Shown here piece by piece: positions 25,138 through 37,619 of a stretch of DNA of 64,000 nt. The DNA lies in NCBI RefSeq assembly GCF_964213995.1, contig NC_135809.1:103726001-103790000 (forward strand). The letters run 5' to 3'. How positions within the stretch are numbered: position 1 is the first letter of the stretch; each line of letters opens with the position of its first letter. Under the pieces are notes generated by a model. The model had not been told where the DNA came from. It made no database searches and worked only from the letters and a program-made list of their open reading frames with translations. Position numbers and translations under genes: made by a program. This DNA is from Mustelus asterias. Lineage: Eukaryota.

Positions 25138-27489
25138 AGGATATCTAGTATTGTAATCTTTTAAATAATAAAAATATTATTCCCATCAAGAGCAGTAAGA
25201 ACACAAACAGTGATAAAAAGCTCTTTGTGTGACTCTGCATCGTTTTCTCTATTGTCACAATACAGCATGGAGAAAAATATCTGATGGTGAATCAGTAGTG
25301 CTGATGACAACTATTTTCTAGTTTCACTTTTCTGAATACTGGCAATAGCTCCCATTTGAGATAAATTGAAAGCCTACACCCAATACTAGTTGTGATTATT
25401 GAAGCCTAGATTTTTGGGAATGCTGTTGGTGCTTTTCCAATCTCTGTCAGCCCTAAAATGTTCTCCACTCACCCCACCCCATTCACCATGCCTCTGTATT
25501 TACTTAAAACCTATTAAATCTCTGACTTTTACCTTTTCTAATGCAAAGCCATATCTGAAGTGTTAACTCAGTTTCTCTCTCCATGGATGCTGAGTATCTT
25601 TGGTTGGCTAAAAAGATTGGATGCTGAGTATCTCCACCATTTTCTGTTTTTATTTTAAAATATTGCTCCCTGTTTAGAGAACTCAGTATCTCTTTAGTAG
25701 CATCATCTCGTTCTCTTTCATAGTGGTCATTGTCCGCAGTTCCATCTTATCATTTGCATCGCCTGATGCTTTTAACAAATAATTGTTTTTTTTCTTCCTT
25801 TCATGCTTTTTTGGAACACAAACTTCAAGAACTCGAGATACCAATACCTCTTGTTACAATCCCAGCTGCTGTTAATACTGGGCAAGTCAGATCCCAGATT
25901 GAAACCTGGCTTTGTAGATCCCAACTTTTTTTTAGGAACTGTGGAGGAAAGTTACTGAACAAATTCACAGGAGTCTGCTGATGAACTTTTACTGCAAAGA
26001 AAACAATATTTATTAAAACAAGGAAAGTGAACTTTTCTTACACCATACAAAATGGTTGGAAAGATTGCAATACAAACAGAAGATGATTCATAATTCCTTT
26101 GTCTCAGAAATATCTTTACATACACATAAGCCAGTCATAAGTTACCACGAGCTTCACACAAAGGCTTTTTGCTTGGGACTGGCGCAGTTGCAAATGGGTT
26201 GTCTCCAGTAAATTCCTAAGTATTTATTTGATGCTTCTCACCTAATGCATATCTCTCCTTGAGACACCCAAAGCCACACTTTAAACTCAGTTTTTCAAAT
26301 GTAAGAGCAAACAAAAGAGCTTCCTAAACTCAGTCTTCTTGTTACCTCCTCTGTTACATTGATCACTTCATTGAGTCACATAACTGATTATTCAGTTAAC
26401 TCATGTCCCACTAGCCTTGCAGGTTTTCTTCTGGGTGCTTCAAATCCCTATTTGACACACACACACACACTCACTGAACTCCTGTCTTTTCCATGTCTGT
26501 GTCCCTGGATCACTGTTGCTAGGCAACAGTAAAGCTCTTCCACTTTGTTTTACCCCCCTCAAATCACTGAACTTTCAATCCTTTTACTCACTTTTTTTTA
26601 CTTCAGGGGTTATAAGACTCATCTGTTATATAAATATACACACACAAATAAACCCAAAAGACCTAAAACCTCAGTCACAGGTCTATCCAGACTCCCAGGC
26701 ACCAAGGTTCATAAACAAAACAAACCATTTTGACTTTTCTGAACACACAAATTATATATATTATGATGCTGCAAAGGGTCAGGCAATGATATAGGTGGGG
26801 TTTAGAGACAAAAAAATAGGTAACCAGGTCAAACCAATAAACAATTTATTGATTTAACACATGAAGGCACATAGCCAAGTTCATGGTCATAGCAATGGAA
26901 AAACGTTCAAGTTACCAAGGCTGGTTCTCATACAATTCATAGTCAGCTTCCAAAGTGGATTCGTTGTCCGGTCCTGGTCATAATCCACAAAGCACACAGC
27001 AAGTAATCCACACAGGAATCCACTGCTGTCCCCACTTTACACACAAGTAATCCATACAGGAATCCAACCCCCTCTTATTTTCACCCTAAGATTTCCTTTC
27101 TTTACTATTGCTCAATGATTTACTAATATAGTCTATCTAAGGGTTTGCAACTGAACCTCATCTCCAAGTTTGATGTGAAAGTGCTTCCGGCTTGAAGGTC
27201 GCTAGTACCTTCTGGTGGTGGCCATCATGTGTGAGCCTGGCTGTACTCGACAGCCATGTTAAGTGAGGAATAGAAGTGATCTAGAAAATGGAGGAACAAG
27301 TATCAGAAATACCGTCCCTCCGGCTCCATGTGACATCGCTGTATATAAATTCAACTTAAAATTATACATTGTTCATAAAACCCTCCAGGACCTGTTTTAC
27401 CTTCTGTGACCCCAATTCATCTCCCCCCCCCGCTGCCCCCCTCCCCTTCAACATATACCCTGCTATGACATTCAATCACATATTCACCC

Positions 27490-27836
27490 AACAGTGTGCA
27501 GTGTGCCTCTACCTCCTTCTCAAGTTCACAATCAGAACAGCCCCATCATGTAAGTCTGTTCTTAATCAGTGAAACTTATTTATTTCTATCAAACTGTTTT
27601 GTTTTCTCACCATTTTAATAGTTTCCAGTTTCTTGGCCCTAACATTCACCTTTTCACCATGGATGTCTAGTCCCTCAAATCTTTTTTCCCCTTGAACTGC
27701 CCTTATCACTTCCACTTGCCTGACCTTGTTCTCACATTAAACAAAATCTCCTTGGACTCCACTCACTTACTCCAAATTAATGGGAGCCCACATGGATCCT
27801 AGTTATGACAACCTTTTTGTGGGACTCATGGAATAT
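27490..27836 (+). mobile_element. Penelope-like element reverse-transcriptase remnant
   Basis: Manual translation across frameshifts: LYLL.K.HN (FYLLPKIHK), LFTMDV*SL at 27653-27676 (FTMDVxSLY) and LVLTLN...HLLQIN..GAHMDPSYDNLFVGLME (QxxGxxMGxxxxPxxAxLF). Confidence 0.8.
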
Positions 27837-27844
27837 TTTTATTA

Positions 27845-28770
27845 TTATTTTATGGAATGTGTGCATTGCTGGCAAGGCCAGCATTATTTTCCATTACCTA
27901 ATTGCCTTTTAGAAAGTGGTGGTGAGCCACCATCTTGAACCTTTGCATTCCATGTGGTGTTTGGGAACCCACTGTACTGTTAGATAAGGAATTCCAGGTT
28001 TTTGATCCAGGGACAGTGAAGGAACGGTGATATAGTTCCAGGTCAGGATGGTGTGCAGCTTGGAAGGAAACTGAATGGGGGTCTTCCCAAGCATATACTA
28101 TCCCTGTCCTTTTCTGTCGTGGGTTTGGAAGTAGCTGCCAAAGGCAATTTATTGCAATGCAGCCTGTAAATGGTGCACGCTGTTGCTGTGCACCGGTGGT
28201 GAATAGAGTGCTGATGAAATGGGCTGTTTTGTTCTGGATGATGATGCTGATCTTCTTAAGCGTTGTTGGAGTTGCACTCATCTAGGCAATTGGAGAGTAT
28301 TCCTGAATTCTGCCTAGTAGTTGGTGCATTGTCTTTGGGAGTCAGATGTGTTACTCACCAGAAGGTTCACAACCTTGGATTTTATGCTGTAGCCATTGTA
28401 TTTATTTGGTTGGTCCACTTCAGTTTTTGGTCAGTGGTGACTCCTGAGATGGTGGGGGATTCAGTGATGGTAACGACACAAAGAAATGGTTAGTTCTCTC
28501 TTTCTGGAGATGGCCATTGCCTGGCATTTGTATGGCATGAAAGTTACTTGCCCATAATCAACCCAAGCCTGAATGTTGCTGCTGCAGGTGGGCAAGGACT
28601 GATTCAGTATGTGAGGAGTCATGTTTGGTACCAAACACTGTGCAGTTATCAATGAAGATCCCCATTTCTTACCTTTTGACCAATGGTTTGGCAATTGGTT
28701 GGATTGGATTTGTCCTGTTTATTGTGGACAGGACATCCCTGTGTTGTAGTTGTACTGGAACAGTCTAGCT
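27845..28770 (-). mobile_element. YKAQVR-family LINE 3' fragments
   Basis: ORFs with SATPTTLKK, HTILTWNYI and NIQAWVD..QVTFMPYKCQAM; same 3' tail as the element at 10716. Confidence 0.8.
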
Positions 28771-29599
28771 CCATCAGCATAGCAACACAGCGATGAATTT
28801 TGGTTGATTTTCCCACCTTGGTACCGGAGAGACCAATTGTGGCAATCCCACTGCAACAGAACTAGGAAAGTCATTGGGTCTTCTGGCCAATTTGGCTCAA
28901 CTACTTGCTGTTTAAACTTACTATGCTAGTTAGTTCATGTTTCATGATTGTTTTAAAACTATTGCTACAAACCAGTAAAAGACATAAAAAAGTGTTTTAA
29001 AACACTGGTTTTGAAAATAAATGTACCACATAAAGATAAATCTACCTACCCTATCAGAGGAGGGCTGTAAATTTCTGAGTGGGTGAATTGACACCGCACA
29101 GTATTGCAGTTCTTTCTTTGACTTACTCTTCAAGCGTGACTCCCATGTGGGGGTACAGAATGGGAGAAATGGCACAACACAATGATTAATATCCTAGCAA
29201 CAATAAACATATTTCAAAGCCTTAAAAGAATGTGCAGAAACCCAAATGCAAAACACAAGCAAAAAGCAATTATATTACAAAGAGTAAAGGAGCGAGAGAT
29301 ATTGTTCCCATGTCATTCAATTTTGTTTCAAAAAGGCAAGGGTAGCTAGGAGACCTGTGAAATCTCACTCATGAGGGCTGACTCACTTTTGTTGTATAGA
29401 GGTAACAAAAAAAATAAACACAATTCTGATTTGTTTGAATAGTTTGGCAAAAGTGTTTTATCTTTTTGAGAGCCTGACTCTAGTGTCCAACATTGCTTCT
29501 ATCCCTGAGGAGGGTGGTGGGGATGATAATAAGGTGAGGTTTGAGTTGTTCACTCACTCAATCTGCTCTCAGTGCTGCTGTAGTGGGCTGTCACTCAGC

Positions 29600-29935
29600 T
29601 GCAGGGTTTTGACTTGCGCTCTGGCTGCGCTCCAGGCCGGCCGGCCGGCAGCTTTGCTGAGCCTCGGAGCGCGCCGTAGCGGCAGCGGTTCCATGGTGAA
29701 AGTTTTCTCCGAAGTGTCCCGGGGGCAGCGAGTGAGCAGAAGGGAGAGCTCCCTCCCATCCGCGGCTCACAGAGATCCAGCACCGACACAGTGTGAGTAC
29801 CCGGTACCGGCGGCCGCCCGCTGCCAGCCCGCGGCGGCTCCAGCTGCTGTTTGCGGCCAACCGTCTCCCAGCCGTTACGGCGCGAGCTCGGTTACCGTGG
29901 CAGCGGCAGGTGGGCTCGGGGAGGGAGAGGGAGCG
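29600..29935 (+). promoter_or_regulatory. CpG island / probable promoter and first exon of an unidentified host gene
   Basis: The only dense CpG cluster in a CpG-depleted window (ggccggccggccgg, gcgcgcc, gcggccgc); strong donor GTGAGT at 29793-29798. Confidence 0.75.
29693..29792 (+). CDS. Candidate first coding segment or uORF (MVKVFSEVSRGQRVSRRESSLPSAAHRDPAPTQ, phase 1)
   Basis: ATG at 29693 (ttccATGG) is open to the GTGAGT donor. I do not recognise the peptide, so this may be 5' UTR. Confidence 0.3.
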
Positions 29936-31445
29936 CTGGGCAGGGGGAGGGGGGTGATGGGCAGGATGAGGGGGGGGGGGGGTGATGGGCAGGGTGAGGG
30001 GGGAGGGGGGTGATGGGCAGGGTGAGGGGGGAGGGGGGTGATGGGCAGGATGAGGGGGGGGGTGATGGGCAGGATGGGGGGGGGGGTGATGGGCAGGATG
30101 GGGGGGGGGTGATGGGCAGGATGGGGGGGGGTGATGGGCAGGATGGGGGGGGTGATGGGCAGGATGGGGGGGGTGATGGGCAGGATGGGGGGGGGTGATG
30201 GGCAGGATGGGGGGGGTGATGGGCAGGATGGGGGGGGTGATGGGCAGGATGAGGGGGGGTGATGGGCAGGATGAGGGGGGGTGATGGGCAGGATGAGGGG
30301 GGGTGATGGGCAGGATGGGGGAGGGTGATGGGCAGGATGGGGGGGGGTGATGGGCAGGGTGAGGGGGTGATGGGCAGGGTGAGGGGGTGATGGGCAGGGT
30401 GAGGGGGTGATGGGCAGGGTGAGGGGGGTGATGGGCAGGGTGAGGGGGGTTGATGGGCAGGGTGAGGGGGGGTGTTATGGGCAGGGTGAGGGGGGGTTGA
30501 TGGGCAGGGTGAGGGGAGGTTGATGGGCAGGGTGAGGGGGGGGTTGATGGGCAGGGTGAGGGGGGGGTTGATGGGCAGGGTGAGGGGGGGGTTGATGGGC
30601 AGGGTGAGGGGGGGGTTGATGGGCAGGGTGAGGGGGGGGTTGATGGGCAGGGTGAGGGGGGGTTGATGGGCAGGGTGGGGGGGGGTTGATGGGCAGGGTG
30701 GGGGGGGGGTTGATGGGCAGGGTGCGGGGAGTTGATGGGCAGGGTGGGGGGGGTTGATGGGCAGGGTGAGGGCGGGGTTGATGGGCAGGGTGGGGGGGGT
30801 TGATGGGCAGGGTGAGGGGGGTGCTGGGCAGGGTGAGGGGGGTGCTGGGCAGGGTGAGGGGGGTGCTGGGCAGGGTGGGGGGGTGCTGGGCAGGGTGTGG
30901 TGGGGGCTGCTGGACAGGGTGAGGGGGGGGTTGCTGGTCAGGGTGAGGGGGTGGTAATGGGCAAGGTGAGGGGGTGGGGGGTGATGGGCAAGGTGAGGGG
31001 ACGATGGGCAAGGTGAGGGGACGATGGGCAAGGTGAGGGGGTTGGGGTGTGATGGGCAAGGTGAGTGGGTTGGGGTGTGATGGGCAAGGTGAGGGGGTGG
31101 GTGTGATGGGCAAGGTGAGGGGGTGGGTGTGATGGGCAAGGTGAGGGGGGTGGGGTGTGATGGGCAAGGTGAGGGGGGTGGGGTGTGATGGGCAAGGTGA
31201 GGGGGGTGGGGTGTGATGGGCAAGGTGAGGGGGTGGGTGTGATGGGCAAGGTGAGGGGGTGGGTGTGATGGGCAAGGTGAGGGGGTGGGTGTGATGGGCA
31301 AGGTGAGGGGGGTGGGGTGTGATGGGCAAGGTGAGGGGGGCGGGGTGTGATGGGCAAGGTGAGGGGGGCGGGTGGGCTGTTGGGCAGGGTGAGGGTGGTG
31401 GGTTGATGGGCATGGGGGAGGTGATGGGTGGGGTGATGGGCAAGG
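29935..31445 (+). repeat. G-rich minisatellite, about 18-28 bp units (gatgggcagggtgagGn and variants)
   Basis: Dozens of tandem units with graded variants: gggcaggatg, then gggcagggtg, then gctgggcag, then gggcaaggtgag..gtgt. Confidence 0.97.
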
Positions 31446-31725
31446 TGAGTGTCGTGGTGGAGGGGATGGGAAGTGGGGGAGGGCAGGGGGGTGGAGTTGG
31501 GGGAGAGCAGGGTAGTGAGGGGTTGTGGGAGGGCAGGGGGGTCGAGTTGGGGGACAGCAGGGTAGTGAGGGGTTGGGGCAGGGCAGGGTGAGGGTGGGGT
31601 GGATGGGAAGGTAGATAGGGGATGGGCAAAGGTTTAGGAGATTAGGAGCAAGTGGGTGGGGTGTGTGTGCGGAGGGAAGTTGAGTGTGGAGGGGGCGATT
31701 GTTTGTGGGCAGTTGGGAAAGTGGG

Positions 31726-33254
31726 TCACAAAGTCATACAGCACATAAACAGGCCCTTTGCCTCATCATTTATGCTGACCATCAAATACCAATCTCTACT
31801 AATTCCATTTACCAGCATTTGGATCATAGCTACTATGCTGTGGCAAATTAAGTGCTCGTTCAGATGCTTCTGAAATATTGCGAAAGTACCTGCCTCCAGC
31901 ACCCTCGGGCAATGCGTTCCATATTTCTAACATCCTCTTGGTGAAAAATATTTTTCCTCAGGTCCCCTCTCGACCACTTATTCCTCACTTTAAACTTTAG
32001 TCCTCTGGCCTTAGACACCTCGGGCATGGGGAAAGGATTTTTATGATCTACCCTATCTATGGCTTTCATTTTGTATCTACTTCTATCGGATCCCCCCTCA
32101 GCCTCCACTGCTCCAGGGAAAGCCAACCCAGCCTATCCAGTGTCTCCTCGTAGCTGAAACTTTCCATCCCAGGCAACATTCTGGTGAATTTCCTCTGCGC
32201 CCTCTTCAGTGCAATCACAACTTTCCAATAGTGTCGTGACCAGAACTGCACACACTATTCCATCTGTGGCCTAACCAATGTCTAATCAATGTTTTTTAAA
32301 GTTGTAACAAGACCTCCCTGCGTCTATATTCTATGTCCCGACTAATGAAGGCAAGCATTCTGTATGCCTTCTTCACCAACCTATCTACTTGTGCTGCCAC
32401 GGGCGGCACGGTAGCACAGTGGTTAGCACTGCTGCTTCACAGCTCCAGGGTCCAGGGTTCGATTCCCGGCTCGGGTCACTGTCTGTGTGGAGTTTGCACA
32501 TTCTCCTCGTGTCTGCGTGGGTTTCCTCCGGGTGCTCCGGTTTCCTCCCACAGTCCAAAGATGTGCGGGTTAGGTTGATTGGCTAGGTTAAAAAAATTGC
32601 CCCTTAGAGTCCTGGGATGCGTAGGTTAGAGGGATTAGCGGGTAAAATATGTGGGGGTAGGGCCTGGGTGGGATTGTGGTTGGTGCAGACTCGATGGGCC
32701 GAATGGCCTCCTTCTGCACTGTAGGGTTTCTATGATTCTATGATGATTCTATGCCACCTGTGGGGATCTGTGGATTTGTATACTAAGGTCCCTTTGCTTC
32801 TCAATACTCTCTAGGATCCTATCATTTACAGTGTATCTTTGACCCTTATCTGAACCTCCCAAAATGCATCACCTCACACTTATCAGGATTAAATTCCATC
32901 TGCCATTGCTCTGTCCATCTTACCAGCTGATCAATATCAATCTGCACTCTCAGACTACTCTCCTTACTATCAACAACAGCACCAATTTTTGTGTTATCTG
33001 CAAACTTATTAATTATACCTTCTACATTCCCATCCAAGTCATTAATGTATATAACAAACAGCAAGGGTCCCAGCAACAATCCTATGGTACTCCGCTGGTC
33101 ATAGGCTTCCAATCACAAAAGCATCCCTCCACCATCACTCTTTGCCTCCTACTAACAAGCCACTTTTGGATCCATTTTGCCAACTTGCCTTGGATCCCAT
33201 GGGCTCCAACCTTTTGAACCAGCTTTCCATTTGGGACCTTGCCAAAGACCTTAC
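31726..33254 (-). mobile_element. 5'-truncated CR1 LINE
   Basis: ORFs with LLGPLLFVIYINDLD..KFADNTK, QFWS and RLGWLSLEQWRLRGD; split by an HE1 SINE. Confidence 0.92.
32401..32751 (+). mobile_element. Full-length HE1 SINE (tRNA-derived V-SINE with CR1 tail)
   Basis: gggcggcacggtagcacagtgg head, GGTTCGATTCC B box, V-core tgtgtggagtttgcac...tttcctcccacagtccaaaga, (ttctatga)n tail, TSD tgccac (32395-32400, 32752-32757). Confidence 0.95.
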
Positions 33255-33760
33255 TGGGGGGAGGGGGGAGGGGGCAGGGGGCGTAAGGGTGGATGAGTAT
33301 GGGGGGGGGTTTGTTGAGAGGCCCTAGAAGGGTGGGTGTGGGGAAGGGGGTAGGGGTGCATGTGGGGAGGCAGGTGGGTGCATAGAGAAGGTAAAGGGCT
33401 TGGGGTAGGGGAGAGGGAGGTGGGTGGTGGAGTGAGTAGAAGGTGTTGGCCACGGCAAAGGGAGGGGACAACAGGTGGGGGTGGAGACTGAAGGGTGGGG
33501 AGGGGAAAACGGAGGGGCACTAGGTGGTGGAAAACCCGAGATGAATCAGGGTAGCGGCAAGGGGAGGGAGGGGTGGGCCGAGAGGATGGGGATGGAGGAA
33601 GAGAGGGCAAGAGTTGGGAAGGGAGGGGATTAAGAGGAATCACAGGTGGGAGCAAGTGGGAAGGACTAGTTGGGGAAGGGGAAGTGCAGGGCTTCTGCCG
33701 GTGGAAGGGGGTAGGGGGGGGAGAGGATGTAGCAGGGGGCAAGTTATGAGGGGGGCATGC
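33255..33760 (+). repeat. G/purine-rich low-complexity tract, continuation of the tract left of the CR1
   Basis: Same strand bias as 31445-31720, resuming exactly at the CR1 5' truncation point. Confidence 0.75.
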
Positions 33761-34437
33761 TGGGTACCTAGTTTCCTCCTGAACCCATTTGCACTATCTG
33801 CTTTGGTGGCCCGTTCTAGCTGATTTCTGAAATGAAGTTTCTTTGTACTGTATATGAATCTGAGTTGGAGGGACCGGTTCACTAATTTGGACTTGGTTTG
33901 TAAAATTGAATTTTTGACGACCTTATTGAATTTTTCATGATTATAAAGTGAATTCACAAAATAAATCCACATTAATTGTTTGCAGACCATGGGGTTGAAA
34001 TAGTTGCTGTTAATATGTTTGTGTAAAAGTCGCGTGTGTACATGCTTCATATGTTTGCAAAATCACAAATAACATTTGCAATAGACTTACGGACCTCGGT
34101 TGCAAATGGGGTAAGGGAATAGTGATGACAGAAATGAATCCACAACTTCTACTTGGCTGATTCTAATGGCCAGGTCTCATTTATATAAGGCCTCTGAGTT
34201 TCCTGACCAAGCAGCGTGCCTAAAAGTTGAGCAGATCGAAACCATTGTGTTTAGTCTTCACTATAAAGTCCATTACCTAGCTGCTGACTCAGTCCCTCTC
34301 CCTGGCAACTACCTGAGACAGGCCAGACTATTCATAACCTAGGGGGTCATATTTAACTCTGAGATGAACTTCCAATCATATATTCACACTGTTGTTAAGA
34401 TTGTCCATTTCCACCCCCATTATCTCGCCTGCATCTT

Positions 34438-36238
34438 GTTATGATCCCCATGGAGACCAATAAACCAGATTTACTGAATGACCACAATGAGAAAACCAAT
34501 AGGCAAGATTTCACTTTTAAAAAAAAAACCTTATCAACCAAACCCAAGATCAACATAAATATGAATTAACAGGCAGATTGCGATTTATTATAAATTGTAT
34601 ATGTTAAATAGCAAATAGAACTAAGACAGATCTCACAAGTTTACTTGGCAGTCCACTCAACATATGTGGCATCAAACTTAACCCCAAAGTCCTTCAAAAC
34701 TATTGTCTTACCCAAGAAGAATTCCAGTTCCTCCTCCTCCTAGGATTCAGCCTGATCTCCAGTTGACAGCAGCACAAAACTGACCCGGGTTCCAGGGGCA
34801 TGGTCTTCACCAAAATGGCATATCCTGTCTACAAAACCGCCGTAGATCCATGAATAATATCTTCAAGCAACAGAAACAGCTGCAGCTACTGTGCATTTGT
34901 ACATTCCCAGCCTCCCAGCACTTCAGTACTGGGATCATCGTCTGCGTTCCAATGACCATGTGTCCTTTTATCTTGTTTAGGAACATAGAACATAAATTAA
35001 CCAGTTTCAGTTTCTCCAGACGCTTTTGTTTCCAATCTCAGTTTCAGTCTTAGTTTCCTTAGAAACCAAAGGTTTTCTAACGACCTTTGTGAGGCAAGCC
35101 GTACAGTAAGGAAAATCTGTAATTTCTTTAGGATGTCTTTAAATTATTTTTAATGTTTGAAAGGTACTTCTAAGAGCTTGCATGAATTGTAAAGTAATCA
35201 TTGTAATTTTCTTGGATGATAAGAAATATTGGTTCATGTGGCCTGGTGACCACCTGGCTGTCACTTCACCTAGAAGTAATACCTACAGGAAGGAAGTTAA
35301 CATACAAAAAGCCATGTGACTGGGCGACACAAAGTACACTGGAGGCAGAAGGCAGTCAGAACACAGATGCAGAACCTCTTGGAGGCACTGCATGAGCTGT
35401 TTAAAAACGTCTAAAACATGGAAAGCTGTGTGAATAGCTCAAAGATGCTAAAGAACTGGATGTTTCATCAGAAGTAGCCAAACCGTGAACTGGTGTGTTA
35501 TTGGTTGGCTGTTTGAAAAGGAACTTTGGATAGCTACACCATCACAACTGTCATGACCCAAGGGAGAAAGGCGTTAATAGAAATGTACTTTGCTGATGAT
35601 AATTGTACCTGTGAGACTCGGGGATGAAAGCTGTTGTCAGATAGGACTCCTGACCTACCCTGTGTGAATAAAGAAAAGCATATTGTCGAACCATGTAGCT
35701 ACGTTTGCCATTCATGCTGAAGGCGAATGCTTGCGTTTGTTTAAGAAGTATCTTTGTTGTGTCGACTATTTGAAGTTAAATTTACTTCTGTATTTGAAGT
35801 GTCATTGGCCTGTTAATTCATGTTTAATTTGCATTGGTTCTGAATGTTGCTGAAGTAAAAGTTACAAAAAGTGAAATTTTGTTGGTGATTTCTTCATTTT
35901 GGGGTCAAAGAACAAAGAAAATGACAGCACAGGAATAGGCCTTCAGCCCTCCAAGCCTGCACCAACCATGCTGCCCGACAGAACTAAAACCCCCTACCCT
36001 TCTGGGGACCATATCCATCTATTCCCATCCTATTCATTTATTTGTCAAGATGCCCCTTAAAAGTCACTACCATATCTGCTCCCACTACCTCTCCCGGCAG
36101 CAAGTTCCAGGGTCATTTGATAAATTTGATTATTTTGATTTATGGTTTTCTCCCACACTGATCCTGGTCCAGTTTCCTCTTTCAAGTTGTGGACTGCCTC
36201 AAAAAAATACAAGCTTTGAAACCAGCAATTCCATCACA
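34438..36238. mobile_element. LTR-like insertion(s) inside L2, containing a CR1 tail fragment (35908-36109)
   Basis: Begins TGTTATG and ends TCACA where the L2 reading resumes. The CR1 tail fragment has TSD gggtca (35902-35907, 36110-36115). Confidence 0.5.
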
Positions 36239-36744
36239 CACTGCCCCTGCATTAATTCATCTGCTGTTTTGAAACCCTCATCCATACGTTTGTTATCTCT
36301 AGATGACTATTTGAGTACACTTCAGATTGGTCTCCCATGTTCTATCCTCTGTCAACCTGAAGTCATTATTAAACTCGATTGGCCATGTCTTTACTCCAAG
36401 CCAAGTTCCATTCCTCTATTAGCCCTGTTCTTGCTGAGCAATATTATCTCCTGGTCAAGCAATGCCTTGATTTAAAATTCCCATCCTGGCCTCATACCTC
36501 ACTATCTCTAATTGCCTCCAACCCCACAACCTTCTGAGATATCTGCACTCATTTAGTTCTGGCCTCTTGAGCATCTCTGATTTTACTTGCTTCTCCTATT
36601 GGTAATCGTGCTCTTAGCTTCATAGCCCCTAAGCTGTAGAAATTCCTCCTCAAACCTCTCCATCTCACTACCTCTTTTTCCTCTAAGACACTTTAAAACC
36701 TATTTCTTTATCCAAGCATTGAGCCATCTGCCCTGATATCACCT

Positions 36745-37003
36745 TAAGAGTTTTAACAACACCAGGTTAAAGTCCAACAGGTTTATTTGGTAGCAAATGC
36801 CATTAGCTTTCGGAGCGCTGCTCCTTCGTCTGATGGAGTGGAAGTCATTTCCACTCGATGCTTTCCACTCCATCTGATGAAGGAGCAGCGCTCCGAAAGC
36901 TAATGGCATTTGCTACCAAATAAACCTGTTGGACTTTAACCTGGTGTTGTTAAAACTCTTACTGTGTTTACCCCAGTCCAACGCTGGCATCTCCACATCA
37001 TGA
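36745..37003 (+). mobile_element. Fold-back Penelope-like short element with hammerhead cores
   Basis: About 100-bp near-perfect inverted arms (36745-36843 / 36863-36961), unique tail ending ctccacatc, 12-bp TSD ctgatatcacct (36733-36744, 37004-37015). Confidence 0.9.
36870..36906 (+). ncRNA. Minimal type I hammerhead ribozyme, intact core
   Basis: ccat-CTGATGA-a-ggagc(agc)gctcc-GAAA-gc-T-A-atgg: stem I ccat/atgg, stem II ggagc/gctcc, predicted cleavage after A36902. Confidence 0.8.
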
Positions 37004-37619
37004 CTGATATCACCTAACATGGCTTGATGCCCATTTTGCTTCATAACACTTCTGTGAACCTCCTTGGGACAAGTTATTGCAATAACATATAAACTGTGGT
37101 GAAGGGGAGCTTCATTCAGTCAAAGCTCAATTCTGAGTAATTGTAAATAGCTGATTCAAAATCTCAATGTGCCTGGGGTTATGCCTTTTCTGCTGCCAAA
37201 CTGGTCAATGTTAGCTTATCCAACTTGGTACTTTCTGTTAGCTTACAGAGCAATGTGGAAATTCACTTATGCTCCTTGGTAGTGTAGCAGTAAAGGAAAA
37301 AGAGCTTCAGACAGTTATTGAAAAGGACTTTGAAGTGAGAACGAAATGTTGTCATGCGCTGTTCAGATATGAAATATGGGCTTTTGACTGGTATTCCAAT
37401 ATCCAGTGACTAACATTCCCGGCTGGTGAGCATTTGCTCATTGTCAGTGATTAATCTTGATATATAAAATCAGTTATTGCCTCAATTGTTCTCAAGATGA
37501 TCCTGTCCTGAACAATTAGTTACTCGGGGATAATGGACCTTACATAGACATAGCACCAGCTGGGCTATTCTCCTATGTTGCTTGGTCCTTATGTCACATA
37601 CTTTTGTTAAAATAATAAG

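Larger units (their letters stand above)
34230..37090 (+). mobile_element. L2 LINE 3' portion, split by LTR-like and Penelope insertions
   Basis: aacctagggggtcatatttaactctgagatgaacttcc (NLGV.F...MNF) before the break and gaaaccctcatccatacgtttgttatctctagatgactat (ETLIH.FV.SRxDY) after it. Confidence 0.75.

Noticed and set aside
29892-31629. Long Pro/His-rich ORFs (469 aa, 384 aa) and Gly-rich ORFs
   Set aside because: They are translations of the G-rich minisatellite and stay open only because the repeat lacks stops.
32401-32480. tRNA genes at SINE heads (also 51988, 60290-60373, 62003)
   Set aside because: The A/B boxes continue into SINE bodies and LINE tails, with TSDs for most copies; no proper cloverleaf or terminator.
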